NCBI RefSeq assembly: GCF_006345805.1
Contig: NC_043008.1
Span: 46,872,001 to 46,936,000 of the forward strand
Direction of reading: 5' to 3'
DNA length: 64,000 bases
DNA from: Octopus sinensis
Taxonomy: Eukaryota
A model generated the notes under the pieces. The model searched no databases. It was not told where the DNA came from and was given only the letters and a program-made list of their open reading frames with translations. Both the position numbers and the translations under genes were made by a program. Shown here in pieces: positions 26,240-40,828 of this stretch. Positions within the stretch are counted from its first letter, which is position 1. Every line of letters begins with the position of its first letter.

Positions 26240-29205
26240 ATTCTGGAGTCGTACTTATCAAAACGCTTGGAAGAGTTACGCAACATACGGCAAAGCTCGA
26301 CAGGGAAGTAGCTTCTTCGAAAATGATACGAACAAGAACGTTGCTCGTAAGATACTGTATCCTAGTATACGCCAAATATGATTCCGAACGCTTAGCTGCT
26401 ATTTTCCCTGTGTGTTCACCATCCCAGCATTTGTAATTCGTTTATAATATCTCGGGCTGTTGAGCACAGATCTTTATATATCGAATACAACCATAGAAAT
26501 AAATCCTCTCCTAGATTTCACTTCTGTAATATACAACCAACAGTTGTAGTGTCACAATTATACGATTGGAATGCAGAAACGTATTTAAAGGAGTCAATGT
26601 AGTGTCACAAAAATATGCTATATTCCTGATAATTGATTTCTAAACATGTCACAAACTTACTAAATGTACAAGCAGTTGCATGCAACCTATATTTTAGCAA
26701 ATATGAAAATACGAGCATTAAAACGTTCTAAAGAAATTCAACCAGCCTGGCTAGAAAGGCGAGGGCATTTTACAGAACCTAGAACGGTTACTGTAATTTC
26801 ATTGTAATTTCATATAAGGACTAAAGGACATCGGCCTAAATCTATTGAGATATTAATTTGTGTAAGATCTATTAATATGCGTATTGAGGTATTAATTTGT
26901 GAGGACTAGCCAAATCGGTAGAGCATCCAAGAAGATTCCTTGCATTTTTCAAATTTCTGTTCTCAGTTTTGAAGTGGTCAGGATGAGTGAATGGATCCCA
27001 TTACTTTCAGTGCATGGAACAATTCTCTCTGTAAAAGACCCTACTATAAATAGTTCGACCTCTTTCAGTTTGGTAATTTATAGCAGTGAATTATCTAAAC
27101 GATTATAATGGATTTGAATATTCGATCGAAAAAGCAAACACAATAATTCAAATCCCAACGATTCTCCAAAAACAAATTCCAGTGTGCAAACATCAGATTT
27201 AATTTGCAAATACCAATAATTAGGAGTTATAAACCCCAGAGAGAACATTGATCTCGGCCTAGATGGCAGTTATTAACTTCGGTCGAGTTAAAGTACGAAG
27301 ATACCACTACCAGGGAGACATCGGTTAATACCCAAATTAATCTTTGCGTGTTTGCCTGTGTGTGTGTAACCTTTTCTGTTTGTGCGATTGATTGATGCGT
27401 GTAACTGCCGCTCTGTGTGTGTGCGCGCGCGCGTGTGGGTGTGTGCGTATTTTGGGTGGAATAAGGAATGGATGTTTTGCACTGCAAACTTTATGATGAT
27501 GGCGTTAGTGAGCGTGAAATAGGGGGATGTCGTTTTCTTCCGCATCTTATTCATAGGATTTGCAAAGCCGCCATAATGTTGTGTGTGTGTGTGTGCTTTT
27601 TTATGTTAGTAGCGTAGTTCGTGTGTGTTTATGTGTCTGTGTGGTTGTGTGTGCGTTCATTACTACTAGCTCTTAGCGGCTGAACGTTCAGTTTTATGTT
27701 TTATCCATATCAGTTTTGGCCAAAATCGATATTGATCAGGTTACTCACTCGATCAATATCGGTTTTGTCTTTAAGGCGTTTATTACTTTTATGGAATGTT
27801 CTCCATATATCCTTCATCAAAATTAAAATTAATTACTTGTATGCCAAACAAATACAACATATATGTGTGCGTGCGTGTGTGTGTGTCTTGAATACATTCC
27901 AGGAGTTTTTTTATAGGATTTCTGAGAGCACCACTGATAATTCAGATCCTTGAAAGTGCAGGGTTATTATGACATTAATTCAAGGCAATTTCAATCGTTG
28001 CCTGTATATTCTGACAAAAGCCATCGCAAAAAATGGCCATTATGATAAAAAGATCGGAATATCATAACAGTATTTAAACAATGATAATAGCATTGCACAA
28101 CTGGAAGCAGCTGAGATCTGATCTTTACCTCTTACATAGAATCAAGCAATCAGATAAATTACTGTAAAACCATGCAAAACAAACATCCGAAAACGAAAGC
28201 AATAATTAGAAAAAAGATGTTTTCTCCCCCAGTGTATTTCCGAAAGAGGAGAAAAGAGGAGAAAGCAAACAATAGCTAGAACTTTCTGGAGACAGCTTTC
28301 ATGATGAAAGGAATGCTATTCAATGGTAAACTATCTTGCATCGACCATTACTACAATCACATACACGTATAGCATCTCTGTTATGTTACTGTCATTTCAT
28401 ATTATCGCAAGTTGAAGAACTGGAAAACAACTGGTTAAAGCCGATCAGTTTGCATTTCTTTAATAGAAAATTATTGTCAGAAATAAAGAACAATCTAAAA
28501 ACGGTTGGTAGCCAATTGTGAAAAAATGAACTAAAGTTTGGCCAAATGTATTCGACTTATTGAAGAAGCATAAAAACCTACGTATTATACGGATGGATGG
28601 ATTGACTGCCATATGGTTGTGGGTTACGCTACAACTAGATTATACGAACATAACTTCAAACCCCCAAAATTAGCTCATCTTATATGAATTTCCGTCTGTC
28701 AATTGATATACAACCATAATATTACATATATATATAAATTTTACGCTTTTATTCCTAAGAATATGCATATGATGTCGTGACGAAAAAAATGAAAATCGTG
28801 AATAGATGTATATTTCTAAAAAAGATATCTCCTGTTTTATAATGTTTTTGTAATATTTTGTTATCGGACTTTTTTTTGTTATACGAGAAAATCTTATTTA
28901 TTAATTCATTGGTTTTACGTAGGAATCTTTCGCGTGCTCAGGGAAATGGAGCAATAAATTTGATATATTTCGTAAAATATCAAATATTTACATATAGTAT
29001 ATATCAATATCCATACATAATATAAAATATAATATCCATATATACATACATATATGTGCGTGTAAGCAAATTTATATATATGTATGTATGTATGTGTATA
29101 TGTATGGTTGTACAAGCACACACGCACATATATATTTACGGATGATTGGTATGCATTATTAGGGATGCGTAGGAAACAGTCTAATCTATAATATTTTAGT
29201 TTGTA

Positions 29206-29243
<38 letters not shown>

Positions 29244-29576
29244 GCATACGCTGAAGTGTATGCATACGGAATAATATATATACATATATGTTTGTATACA
29301 GGTATTTTTAAATGTATATATGTATGTGGGTGATTGTGTGAGTGATATGTTTGTATTGTGTGTTGAGCGTTTATTGTATGTGTGTGTGTATGTGAGTGTG
29401 TGTGTGTGTGTGTGCGTGCGTATCTTTGGTGTGTCTGTCTGTCCGCTCTGTTTGTAATCAGTGAATACGTAGATACTTATACTCATGAATAAATCCACCC
29501 GTGAATAAGGTTACTTTGCATAGAGAACAAACTGAATGAAAACACGATTTATAAATATATTGTATGTATACAGATG

Positions 29577-29607
<31 letters not shown>

Positions 29608-29709
29608 GGATAGATAGATAGATGTGTGTGTGTTTGTACGTATATCTGTTAGGGTAGCTGAAACAATCTCAAGTATTTCGCCATAACAAATATAAATCTT
29701 AATAATAAT

Positions 29710-29980
29710 GATGGAGAGGAAAGACTCTATTCTGCATGAAATTAAATGGTCAGTTCCACCAGGAAACTAAACATGTGAAAAACCAGGGAGTATCAAGAAG
29801 GTGGGTCAGCAAGAGTAACCACAAAAGAAGAATACTGAAAGACTCATCATCGCTGCCCAGGATCAGGCATTGAATACTAACTCAGTGAAAAGAGATATAT
29901 AGCACACATGCACAACGAATCTCAAACATTTTATAATCGTACTGTACATCATTGAATACTCCGGATAGTGGTCGAAAAAT
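29710..29980 (+). mobile_element. R4/Dong-like (RLE-type) LINE fragment with internal deletion
   Basis: LNGQFH and TERLIIAAQDQALNTNSVK motifs, then RILRIVVEK C-terminus running into (TTA/TCA)n. Confidence 0.7.
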
Positions 29981-30030
29981 TATTATTATCATTATTATTA
30001 TCATTATTATCATTATTATCATTATTATTA

Positions 30031-30270
30031 CCTTCGCACAGCTTCTAATGCTGTAGATGTACTACGGAGTTAGCTGTTCGCTACCAGTGAACTAAGGTAG
30101 CACCCCTTATTTTTCGAGCACCGTCCGGAGTATTCGAGTGGTTCCAAGCTGTGCTGTTTTCTGCTGGTGCTCCACCCTTATTGCAGCCCCCCCTTTTCCC
30201 ATGTACTTCTTAAGATTTCTGTGATCCAGCATCGTTTGCTTTCTTTCTCAACACTATGTCTGGCTTATCA
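30031..30270 (-). mobile_element. R4/Dong-like LINE 3' end
   Basis: Minus strand NDKPDIVLRKK and QKTAQLGTTRILRTVLEK* plus ~75 nt 3' UTR ending in (TAA)n. Confidence 0.75.
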
Positions 30271-30364
30271 TTGTTATTATTAATTATATATTAATTATAT
30301 GCACTCAACAGATTAGACTGTTGGAAAAGAAAAGAATCTTAACATCAGGCTACAAAAAGTAAGC

Positions 30365-30477
30365 TTAAATGCCAAGAACACTCCTAAGTATCCTAGCTGT
30401 CCCTAATGACACTGTTTTCTGGAGCTGTAATAAACTGGGTTTTATGTCTATCACCTCCATCCATCTGTTCAGATCCA

Positions 30478-30478
<1 letters not shown>
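30365..30478 (-). mobile_element. Third R4/Dong-like C-terminal fragment
   Basis: LQLQKTVSLGTARILRSVLGI* adjoining a long (TAT)n tract. Confidence 0.7.
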
Positions 30479-30531
<53 letters not shown>

Positions 30532-30537
30532 CATTAC

Positions 30538-30577
<40 letters not shown>

Positions 30578-30625
30578 GTTACTGTTGTTGCTGCTACTGT
30601 TATTTTTGTTGTTGCTATTAGTTGC
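30479..30625. repeat. (TAT)n / (TGT)n trinucleotide microsatellite
   Basis: Direct inspection. Confidence 0.95.
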
Positions 30626-31717
30626 AGTTTTATCATTACTATTGATGTTGTAGTTATATTTTACATCTTCTTTCAATTTTGTGTCCATTTCTTGAGGAGT
30701 GTCTTTCCGACACCTAGGTCAAAGTGACTCACTAAATATATCTGTACACTATTAACCAATGTAAACAGTGAGTTCACCCGTCTATAATATTAGCGCGCTT
30801 TTACTTGTTGTGGACGGGACGCTTTCACACAATCAGGCTGTCTATCTGCAAAAGTGCCCTCTGCATTTTGGGTTCAGGCTGTTGTGCGTTGATGCGCAGA
30901 CAAACATTAATGCGGTGATATCTACAAATGTGCCTAGATAGCGAGAAAGACGTGCTCGCCTTTTCTGATCCCTATATTGCCCCACCATGTTTCTTTGATG
31001 AGGTCAAGACTGAGTAATTGGCATTAGGGAAATCATTATCATTTTACATTCCTTTCCTGTTTGCGCAAGGTGACCGGTTTTCGTTTGGAAAGTTACATGA
31101 AGGAGGACGAATTTTCTGCCTCAAATAAATTCCTTGAATGGAGACAGAAAATGACAAACATAGTTTTAACGAACAAGCTTAATTTGTGTGCACTTGTTCA
31201 GGTGGGTAAGCGAGACCATGGCGGGGATATTTGCCATTTGTAGGGTCAGATTGATCTAGATCTTATGGGGTTCCATCATGTAGCTGAAAGCAGACAGCTC
31301 TTCTATAGGAGAATTATAATTTTTGTACATTTTGGTGTTATTTCCTTCTATTAATATTTGCCATACGTTTTATTTTGACCGCCTTCACACTACGTGTTTC
31401 TGATAAACTTGTTCAGCTTCAGAAACCTGATACAACTGTTATTTTGTTTTGAAATTTGAACTGTTAAGATTCAGTCATGTTTGTATTGTTGCTAATTGTT
31501 TATTGCTGATTAAACATGTTTATGCTTAATTCATGAGGTGGCACTGATGCGTATGGGAGGAGATTATTTCATAGCAATTAGTACAGAAAAGTCGATTTTA
31601 CGTTGATTCTCACAGTGACATATGGTTTATAGAGACACGTTGTTTTATGCGGATATATACATCTCTATATAAATATATCTCTAAATAAATAAATACATAT
31701 ATGTGTGTGTGAGTGTG

Positions 31718-31752
<35 letters not shown>

Positions 31753-34479
31753 ATGATGTGGGTGAATACATGTAACTAAAATGGTATAAATTCTTTACGT
31801 TCTGTAGGTTATCACCCACCTGCTAGAGCGTACAATATTTGATTATACAAAAGAAAGGGAAATTCGGTATTTAATGTTATTCATTCAATTCTTGAAGTAC
31901 TTCTTTCAAATAGCTCGTCTAGGTTACAATTGAAATTATTCTCTATCGACGTTTATAAGGACTTTACAGGGTTTTTGTTTGTTTCTGTGTCAACCAGTAG
32001 CATTTAGAAAATACTGGTTACAGACGTAGTTTATTTTAGTTTGAACAATCATATCCAATATACTAAACGTGAAATATCTGAACATTGACCGTTATGTTAG
32101 TATTTATATACATTAAAAGATATCTTTTATGTATCTTTTAATGTTTAAGAAAATGTATATTTAATGACCATATTTGTGTACCTAAAAATATCTGGCGGTA
32201 CTTTGGGGTATACTTGTTAGGAATATTTATAACTCGAATAGACATCTATATAAACATTGTCAGTTTATATAAATGTCTAAGGTTTATTGGTATGTGACTT
32301 GAGACAATCTTCTAATGTTCTCAGTTAGATCTTCTTTTATATCTAAATGTGTACATCCGCATTGTGTACTTGCAGGAGTATGTACGTGTTTGCATATGTG
32401 AATTTGTAAATGTTTCTCTTGCAACTGCTAATATATGAACCAATAATATGTTCATCGATTGAGTATCGATGTCTACATGTTGGAATGAATCAAGAAATAT
32501 TGTGTAGTAAATATATTAATTTATTAATGTACAAGGTTCGTGTGGAAACCAATACAGCAGCGAATAAGAAGGAAGTTGAAATCAGGTTCTATCGTATCTA
32601 TAAGTAATTGGTTTTGTTATCTCTCATCAATAATTCCCTCTTCTGAAGAAACACATTGCATTATACAGTTAAACATTCACTTGCTACCAAATTCAATGCT
32701 ATAACAACATTATGTTCTTAAATAATGACCTAACAGAACAACATTTAATTAAATCTCATATTGAATATAAAACATGTGATTATGATAGTTAAACAAGAAT
32801 ATAGTGCGCCAATAAAATTACTACTAATTATTATTAGCAAGAGTCGCGAGATTTAAAAACTTGTCAAGTCCTTGAAACACTCGTCGTATTAAGTAACTTT
32901 ATCATTAAATACAATCGTCCATTGAATATAACGTTCCCAATTATTCACTTAATAACATAAAATTGCTAGACAGAGAATTAATCTTACCTGTATATATATA
33001 ATTAAAGTTTCATGTGGTAATCGTTAAAATTCAGCATTCATATAATACACCCACCTGCAATAATATTTGTCTAATGTTTCTCCCATTCCTTCCCGCATAA
33101 TTAGCAATATTTAATCATAATGTATTGACGGCATAACCTGATTAACACCAGCTAAAGTCATACATTATTACCAAACCATGAATATATAAATAAATATCAC
33201 AAATATATTCTTTAAAATCCTAAAACCTAAGCAATAAATTATGATTAACATAAAAACAATTGATAATAATTCATAATTAATTATCCCAATTTAAGACAAA
33301 ATAAACTAAATACACATTCATAACGTTTTTACAAAACCCCTGCATGTCAGGTGGCTCATAATTGAAACGCTTTAAAAATATTTCTGAAATATTACTAATT
33401 TTAATATGTCACTATAAATAAGAAATATTATAAACATATCCAATAAACTGTTATAAAACCCATCCCATTTAACGAACGACCAACGACCTCGTGGTTCTTT
33501 CAAGTGGATTTTTTTTGTGACTTTTACCGGCGCAATCCATACAATATTTCCTTTCCATGGAATCGTAAGTTCAGTAAAATTCATTGTATTTTCATACTCA
33601 GATGCACTGTAAGTTCACGATTTTGTTCACGATTGCAATATAGACTATAAAATAACAATTTCTTTCCTGTCAACCCGAATCGTCCGTTAATTGGTAGAAT
33701 TAAATTGTTTATTTTGCACCTCTCGTGTGTTTACACTCTTAACATTCTCCATTCATCCCGCGTTTAATATATTATCGATACAAATCTGGCTTTCGCCTCT
33801 TTGGGTCAACAAACTAAGTAACAGTTATGTGCCAGGATTCGATTGCACTTGCAGTTTTTACACCAGTAAAATTGTAATAGTGCAATGATATTAGAAATCA
33901 ATGTTTATTACTGTGACAAATGTCGTACAATCAATAGTGCTTTATATGAAGTTCTTCATAGATTTTTTTTTTGCTGTTTTATTTTAAATTTGTTTAGATT
34001 GATTTTACTTTCATCTGTCTGTGAATAGAAAATTCAGAAGAAAACACCTACTAGTGCTCATTATATTGATTATATATCAAATAAACAGCCATTGATTTGG
34101 ATTTGTGCCAAAATCAGAAATCAAATTTACATACTGAACATATATTGTTGTATTATCATTAACCTTAGATTATGCAGTTCTGTTGAAATCACTTCTAATC
34201 CCATCCTCATTAAAAATGTCTGTAATCAGTGTTAATAAAATAACTGCAATTAAATCAGCAATCTGTCTAACATTTCAGGTTTCTTTACTATTAATAATTT
34301 GTTTGCTAATTCAGTCTACCTTTCAAAAAAATTACGCAAAATTCTTTGAGTAAAAATGCTAATCTATTAAAATTATTTATGTCCTTTAAGTCTCGCCTAT
34401 GAGTATTTCATACTAAAAAAGAAAAATTATGGTTTAAGTATTAACTGAAGAAATAGTAGATTACCTAACCTGCAGACAT

Positions 34480-34620
34480 CGTTAATTGGCCAAACACTCA
34501 CATAATTTCTCATGAAATATTCGTTTCCATGATGAGCTATAAACTACGTCTGAATTTAGAAGATGAGATCTCATGTGTCTCTAAAAAGAATTAACTTCAG
34601 ATTTAATAACACCGTATATT
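34480..34620 (+). pseudogene. Possible hAT transposase C-terminal dimerisation-region remnant
   Basis: HEIFVSMMSYKLRLNLEDEI resembles CE..FS.M..IKTK.RNRL.LEDDLR. Confidence 0.35.
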
Positions 34621-35985
34621 CACTTCTATATTATCAGCTCTTATTAAGAAAGGATTTCCAATGCTACAAATGTCGTGGGGGCAAAAAGTGACCGTTTGCA
34701 TTTGAACAATATAAAATTTCAATGACCTTATAAAATTTCAACACCACCAGATAAAAAATGACACATAAAGTTGAGAAAATTCGCAGAGCAAAGCAATGAG
34801 AAAGAATTACCTAACTAACCTAAAATCAGACTCTTCTTAATGGAAACAAGACACTTGTTGGACCGAAATCACAGATTTCGGCAACTCTGTACATATTAAG
34901 CTAATACACTTAATTAATAAATTTCTATTTAATTGAGGCATTAAACACCAACGCGGTTCCATATTAGCATGTCAATTAACACTACTGAATACACAAACTT
35001 AAGTTGCAGCCAGATGCACTCTTCATGAAATACGAAATGCGTGTGAGAATGCAACAAGAAGAGGAATTTATTAGGGATGTATCCAGTGTTTTGAAAAAGT
35101 ACCACAAATAATGGACGGGGTGTATATTTTATTGAGTCTCTTATATAGATAATAAAGATCGATGTCGATATATTTTTAACTAAAATAATTACAACTTAGC
35201 GTGTGTAATGTTTCTCTGTTTACATCCAAATCAGAACCCAGTTTTGTGGAATAACTGAATCTCCTCAAGACGATCGTGAAATGGCAACAATGTTTCACTG
35301 GTTTATTTGATTTTCTTTTTTTATTTTCTCTGTTCAAATCTTGCCTTTCGTCCTTTAGAAGTTTCTAAAATATGTACTAGAGTAGATTAACTCAGCCACG
35401 ATGAAAATGTGAATTTCCCAGCTTTGTACATGACAATTGAATTAAGAATTGAGCTATATACTTTCTGAAATGTAATCTGGCCTGGGTTAGGGAAATCAGT
35501 ATCAACTTTAAAATATGTGGAATAACGAAACCGTGAAGAGAGTTGCATCTATTTTCAGCCCGGATTCGGCGGCTTCAAAATTTAGGAATGAACATATAGA
35601 GTAGCATTCATTGAATGAGATATAATATTCGATTATATTACATTATGTCGGGCAAAACTGACAAACTGAATTCAATATCACAACGATTTTGTGACGCTAG
35701 AGTTATTATAGCGTTGTAAAATCAAATTATACATTCTTCCTTTTATAACTAGTAATGATATTGACATTATACACGAGAATTATACCACTCGCTCTGTCAG
35801 GCAGTTGGTCTTAAGTAAAACTGGTATTTGGAAGATTGATTTCGCTCATAGAAAGAAAGTATATTAACTTTTGATATATTAAATACCAGAAGGTTAAATG
35901 TAAAAAAAAATACATGGGGAAACACGAAGTAAATGACTTTTTATTATCCTTAAATGCAATGCAGGCATGCTTTTGCTCCCATGTG

Positions 35986-36062
<77 letters not shown>

Positions 36063-36093
36063 GTGTGTGTATATATATATATATACATATGTA

Positions 36094-36137
<44 letters not shown>

Positions 36138-36180
36138 TATTATATATTTATGCGCACGCTTCACTGTGTAGTAACAATCT

Positions 36181-36550
36181 TGTTTCCAACCACATGGTCT
36201 CACTGCGTGTCTTCTTCTAAGGCTTCGAAACGACTGAGTGGATTTGGTAGACGGAAACTGAAAGAAGCCTGATGTATATATATATATATATCTATATATA
36301 TTTCTTTGCGTGTGTGTGTGCGTGTATGTGAGTGTTTGTGTGTGTTTATGTGTGCGTGTGTGTCAGCGTTGTTCTCCTCACCAACGTTTGACAACCTATG
36401 CTGGCATGTTTATGTCCCCGTAACCTAGAGACCGACACAATAAGTATTAGTCTTACAAAGAGTAAGCCGTGGGGTCGATTTCTTCGACTAAACCACTTTA
36501 AACACTGCTCCAGCACGGCCGCCGTCAAATGACTGAAGCAGGTTAAAAAA
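36181..36550 (+). mobile_element. SINE family B, 5'-eroded, with internal TA/GT expansion
   Basis: gtggatttggtagacggaaactgaaagaagcc body and ctccagcacggccgccgtcaaatgactgaa tail. Confidence 0.8.
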
Positions 36551-37680
36551 AACGTAGAAAGAATATTATGTATGTAAGTCATCATTCAGTTTTATTTCAA
36601 GATCTCCTGCCAATAGAGAAAGAGCTGGTTTCTAGCCTAGATCCATGGCTTCTTCTTTGGACTTTCAGCATCAGCAAAGGGTATGAATGTATATATGTAT
36701 GTCATCATTCAGCTTATTTCAAGATTTCTTGCCAATAGAAAAAGAACTGGTTTCTAACCTAGATATGTATCTATGCATGCATGTATGTGTATAACGTATA
36801 GAAAGGATTATAATTCAAGCGGTGAAGCACATCAATACCCTTCAGTAAGTAAATGCATGGAGGTGGATATTTTGTTCAAAAGGAGCCAAAAATTCATACA
36901 TAGTAGAAAGTCTTGGTGACTCTTGTTATCAGCAGACTGGAAAATTTGGTACGTTTGGAATATCGCAAACATTGTATCAAATTTTCAAGTCTTTCTTTTA
37001 TTATACATATCTGTGTGCGCGTGTTTTTGTGTGTGTGCGTGTCGGGTGGAGATTATTATGACAATCCCATTGTAAATAATATTTCGAGTAACATAAATTG
37101 AGATCAATTCGGAAGTGTCGTTGGCAAATAAATCAATAATCAATCTGATATGAATTTAAGGCCTTTGCTTAAGGCCGTGCAAATTGTAAGTGAAATTTAA
37201 AGTAGATCGGTTAATTGTACTATTATAGTAAGAAAAAGTAATGCTTATGGTAATGGAAAAATTAAGGATTTTATCCTTTAAGTATTTATGTATACAAGCA
37301 GCTAAACCTTTAAGGAAACGGGTAATCAGTTGCTAAAGATAATTAAAATAATTTATGCACCGGATTTTACTTTCTGTCAAGTGTCCATCTGTTTAGCTCT
37401 TATTGGAAGCACAATTAAACTGACTTACTCTTCAAAAGTCTTTCAGGAATTATGAAGATGTGGTATTAATGGTAGCACACGCGACACTTAAGAACGGAAA
37501 TATAAATGGTGAACATACACAAACCAATATGTATAAATAGATTGTCGTATTATTGCACAGCTGAAAGCTTAGTCATGTGTAATAATTGATGTGACGACTA
37601 ACTTTGTATGGATTCGGTTGGTTTACCACTAAGAAATAATATAAATCGCAATAGTTTAAACGACAATCATATTGTGTTGG

Positions 37681-37888
37681 TTTCAAATTTTGGCACAAGC
37701 CCAGCAATTTTCAGGAGGAGATAAGTCGATTACATCGATCCCAGGGTTCAAGTGTTACTGTTTAATCGTTCCCGAACAGATGTAAAGAAAGTTCGACCTC
37801 CACATAATTTGAACCAAGGACGTAAAGACGTACGAAATATTGCTAAGCATGTTGCCCGGCGTGCAAACGATTTTGTCAACTCGCTGCC
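37681..37888 (-). mobile_element. SINE family A, diverged
   Basis: Similar to 879-1084 (gtcgattacatcga...aatttgaac...cccggcgtgc.aacg). Confidence 0.75.
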
Positions 37889-38410
37889 ATACACATTATA
37901 CTATTAACATGTTATTTATGCGGCAAAAAAAAACATTGCATCTAAACAAAGCAAATACATTACACTCCCCAATGACCTAAATATTATATGCAGATTTCAA
38001 ATAAATAAAGAGAAATATGGCGCATAAACAGCGGCATATATTGGTATACGTGCAATTATGCACCTTCATAAATATTCATAAAATTGTTGATATATTCATA
38101 TATCTATAATTGAATTTAAAGAGTTTAATTATACGTAATTAGATAAAATAATAAAAGGAATGAAGTATAGAAAAACATAGCTACAACTTCTTGTAAAAGT
38201 TAGAGATTACTTTGATGTCGCCGTTCTCTACTAGATATATTAAGTAGTTAACACGATAGTATTATTTTAAGACACGAATTAGCTCACACAAATGCACACA
38301 AATACATACAAAGAGACATTACCTCGCACATGAACACACTCCTAATGTATACATATAAATATATATATACATACACAAACATATATATATATATATACAT
38401 AATATATATG

Positions 38411-38460
<50 letters not shown>

Positions 38461-38467
38461 TGTATAT

Positions 38468-38526
<59 letters not shown>

Positions 38527-40449
38527 AAGTTGAAATAAGAAAATGGCGATAACATTGATAAACGACCATTATTATTTATTGATTGCAAGACAAAAACAAT
38601 ATCTCATTTAACAACTTTTTTCTCTTCGCGCTATTTTGGGCAGTGGAACTTTATCAGAGCGATAAAGAAAAAAAAAAACAAGAGAAAAAGAGAAAATAAA
38701 GATATACCAATTGATGTTACATGCTATTCCCCTAAAAGCACTTTTCGACCGACTGAAAAATTTAATTATACAATTTGAATACTTATAATAATTAGTGGTA
38801 CATACTTATCTATGGAGGGAGGATACTCCCGGCGTAGTATATAATACTGTTGAGGTATTTTGGTTAGGTAGTAAAGTAAGAAGTGAAAATTTAAAATACA
38901 AGGAGTTACAGAACTTAATATGATAACAGTTAACGATATGTTATTTATTGATAATTTCCTAATCGCTTAACATAATTAAATGAGGAGCATTTCATTCAAA
39001 ACTGTAAAAATAAATTAATGAAACTGAGAGGCAACATATTTCTATTTTGCGCACTTGTTAATAGGAGCAGTCAAGATTTGTCAAAGAATTCTGCTAAACA
39101 TTTACATAAAAATTGGTATAATTTACTGCCCGACATACCTACGTAACAAGATTACCGAAAATATCAATAACTTTTATAGTTTTACTTCGTATTGAAGATG
39201 AAAAACATGCTGTGCTACCCCAATTCCGAATTAGGAAGGGTCTGATCAGTTAATTTTAAAGACAAAAGGATGGTCCTTTAAAGTAAAAACCTTTAATCAA
39301 TGGAGCAGAAATAGCTAAATAAGTAATATTTGTTGTAAGGGGTAATATGGTCGCTTATATCCACTCAAATAAATAGTAGAAAACAGAGGAGAAATCATCA
39401 ATGTTTAAGGGGAGGCAATTATTGATTTTCAAATAATATTTAAAGCTTATTTATGTATTTTTCAAGTGGTTAAGAATATTTAACAAGTATTCTTTATGTG
39501 TTATATTATCTAAAATGTTTGCGTTGTTGGACGGGCTATATCTATATTTATGTATCCCTAGCTACAGTAATAGCACTTAATGTGTATGTGTAATTTTATT
39601 ACATAATATATTTTTATGTAAATAATAATTTAGAATCGGTTATATAGTTTTTCAGTTGACATAAAAGAGGGGTCGTAATATGAAACAAGATAAAACCGAG
39701 AAAAATATTGTGTATAAATGTGTATATATATGTACACCATGATCGAACTCACACACGAGCACGTCTCGTCACACACATATCAATACTTGTATATCTATAT
39801 GCATACATAGGTGTATATTTACATATACACACACAACCATATATACAGATATATACACACTTACTTATATGTTATTATAAAAATAGTAGGGGGTAGAAAT
39901 TAATTAAGGTTATAGTCATCTCTGGTTAGGGGTAAAAATCTATGAATTCTATTGTGGAAGATACAGGGTAATTATAAAATAGTTTCAATTATATTTAGAG
40001 AATATATGTTTGTTTATGTCCCATTCCTCTAGGAGATACCAAGTATTTTCAATAGATATATCCGTATTTTTTTCTATTTCTCTTTTTTCTATTTCTCGTT
40101 ATTCTTCCGCACTGATGAAGTTGGTATAATTATTAACAGGGATATGGGATAATAACTAATATTGTATTAATTAAGCTTCATTATGCCTAAAGTAGCACAA
40201 ACAGAAACAGCTGTTAGGTGAGACATTGTCTTATTCTTTGTAATCAATAAAAAAAATATTGATGTTGATCAATTATAAATGTTATTTACATTTTATTATT
40301 TTACCTTAAACATAGATAAACGTCGGTTTATTCCTTTCATTATCTATCATTTATGAGTATTAATACTAATACTCGTAATCACATATAGGTAAGATACCAG
40401 TAATTCATTGGTTATAAATATCCCTTAGACGGGTTTTATAATCCTTAAT

Positions 40450-40828
40450 TGTATGGGAAGTAGCTTGCTTACAAACCACATGGTTCTGTGTTCAGTCCCA
40501 CTGCGTGGCACCTTGGGCAAGCGCTTTCTTCTGTAGCCTCAGGCTGACCAAAACCTTGTGAGTGGATTTGGTAGACGGAAAATGAAAGAAGCACGTCGTA
40601 CATATGTATATATATATATATATGTATATATGTATATATGTATGTATGCATGTATGTATGTGCCTGTGTGTGTTTGTCACCCCAACATCGCTTGACAACC
40701 GATGGTGGTGTGTTTACGTCCCCCGTAACTAAGCGGTTCGGCAAAAGTGACGATAGAATAAGTACTAGGCTTACAAAGAATATGCCCTGGGGTCGATTTG
40801 CCCGACTAAAGGCGGTGTTCCGGCATGC
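40450..40828 (+). mobile_element. SINE family B, tail cut by the Tx1-like 3' end
   Basis: gtggcaccttgggcaagc CORE-like segment; ends at ggcggtgttccggcatgc. Confidence 0.85.

Noticed and set aside
30365-30688. Poly-Asn/poly-Leu/poly-Tyr ORFs
   Set aside because: (TAT)n microsatellite; only the LINE C-terminus at the end is meaningful
32988-33054. Minus-strand 67-nt segment with good splice acceptor and donor (ttgcag / gtaaga)
   Set aside because: Stops in all three frames; could only be non-coding, and there is no other support
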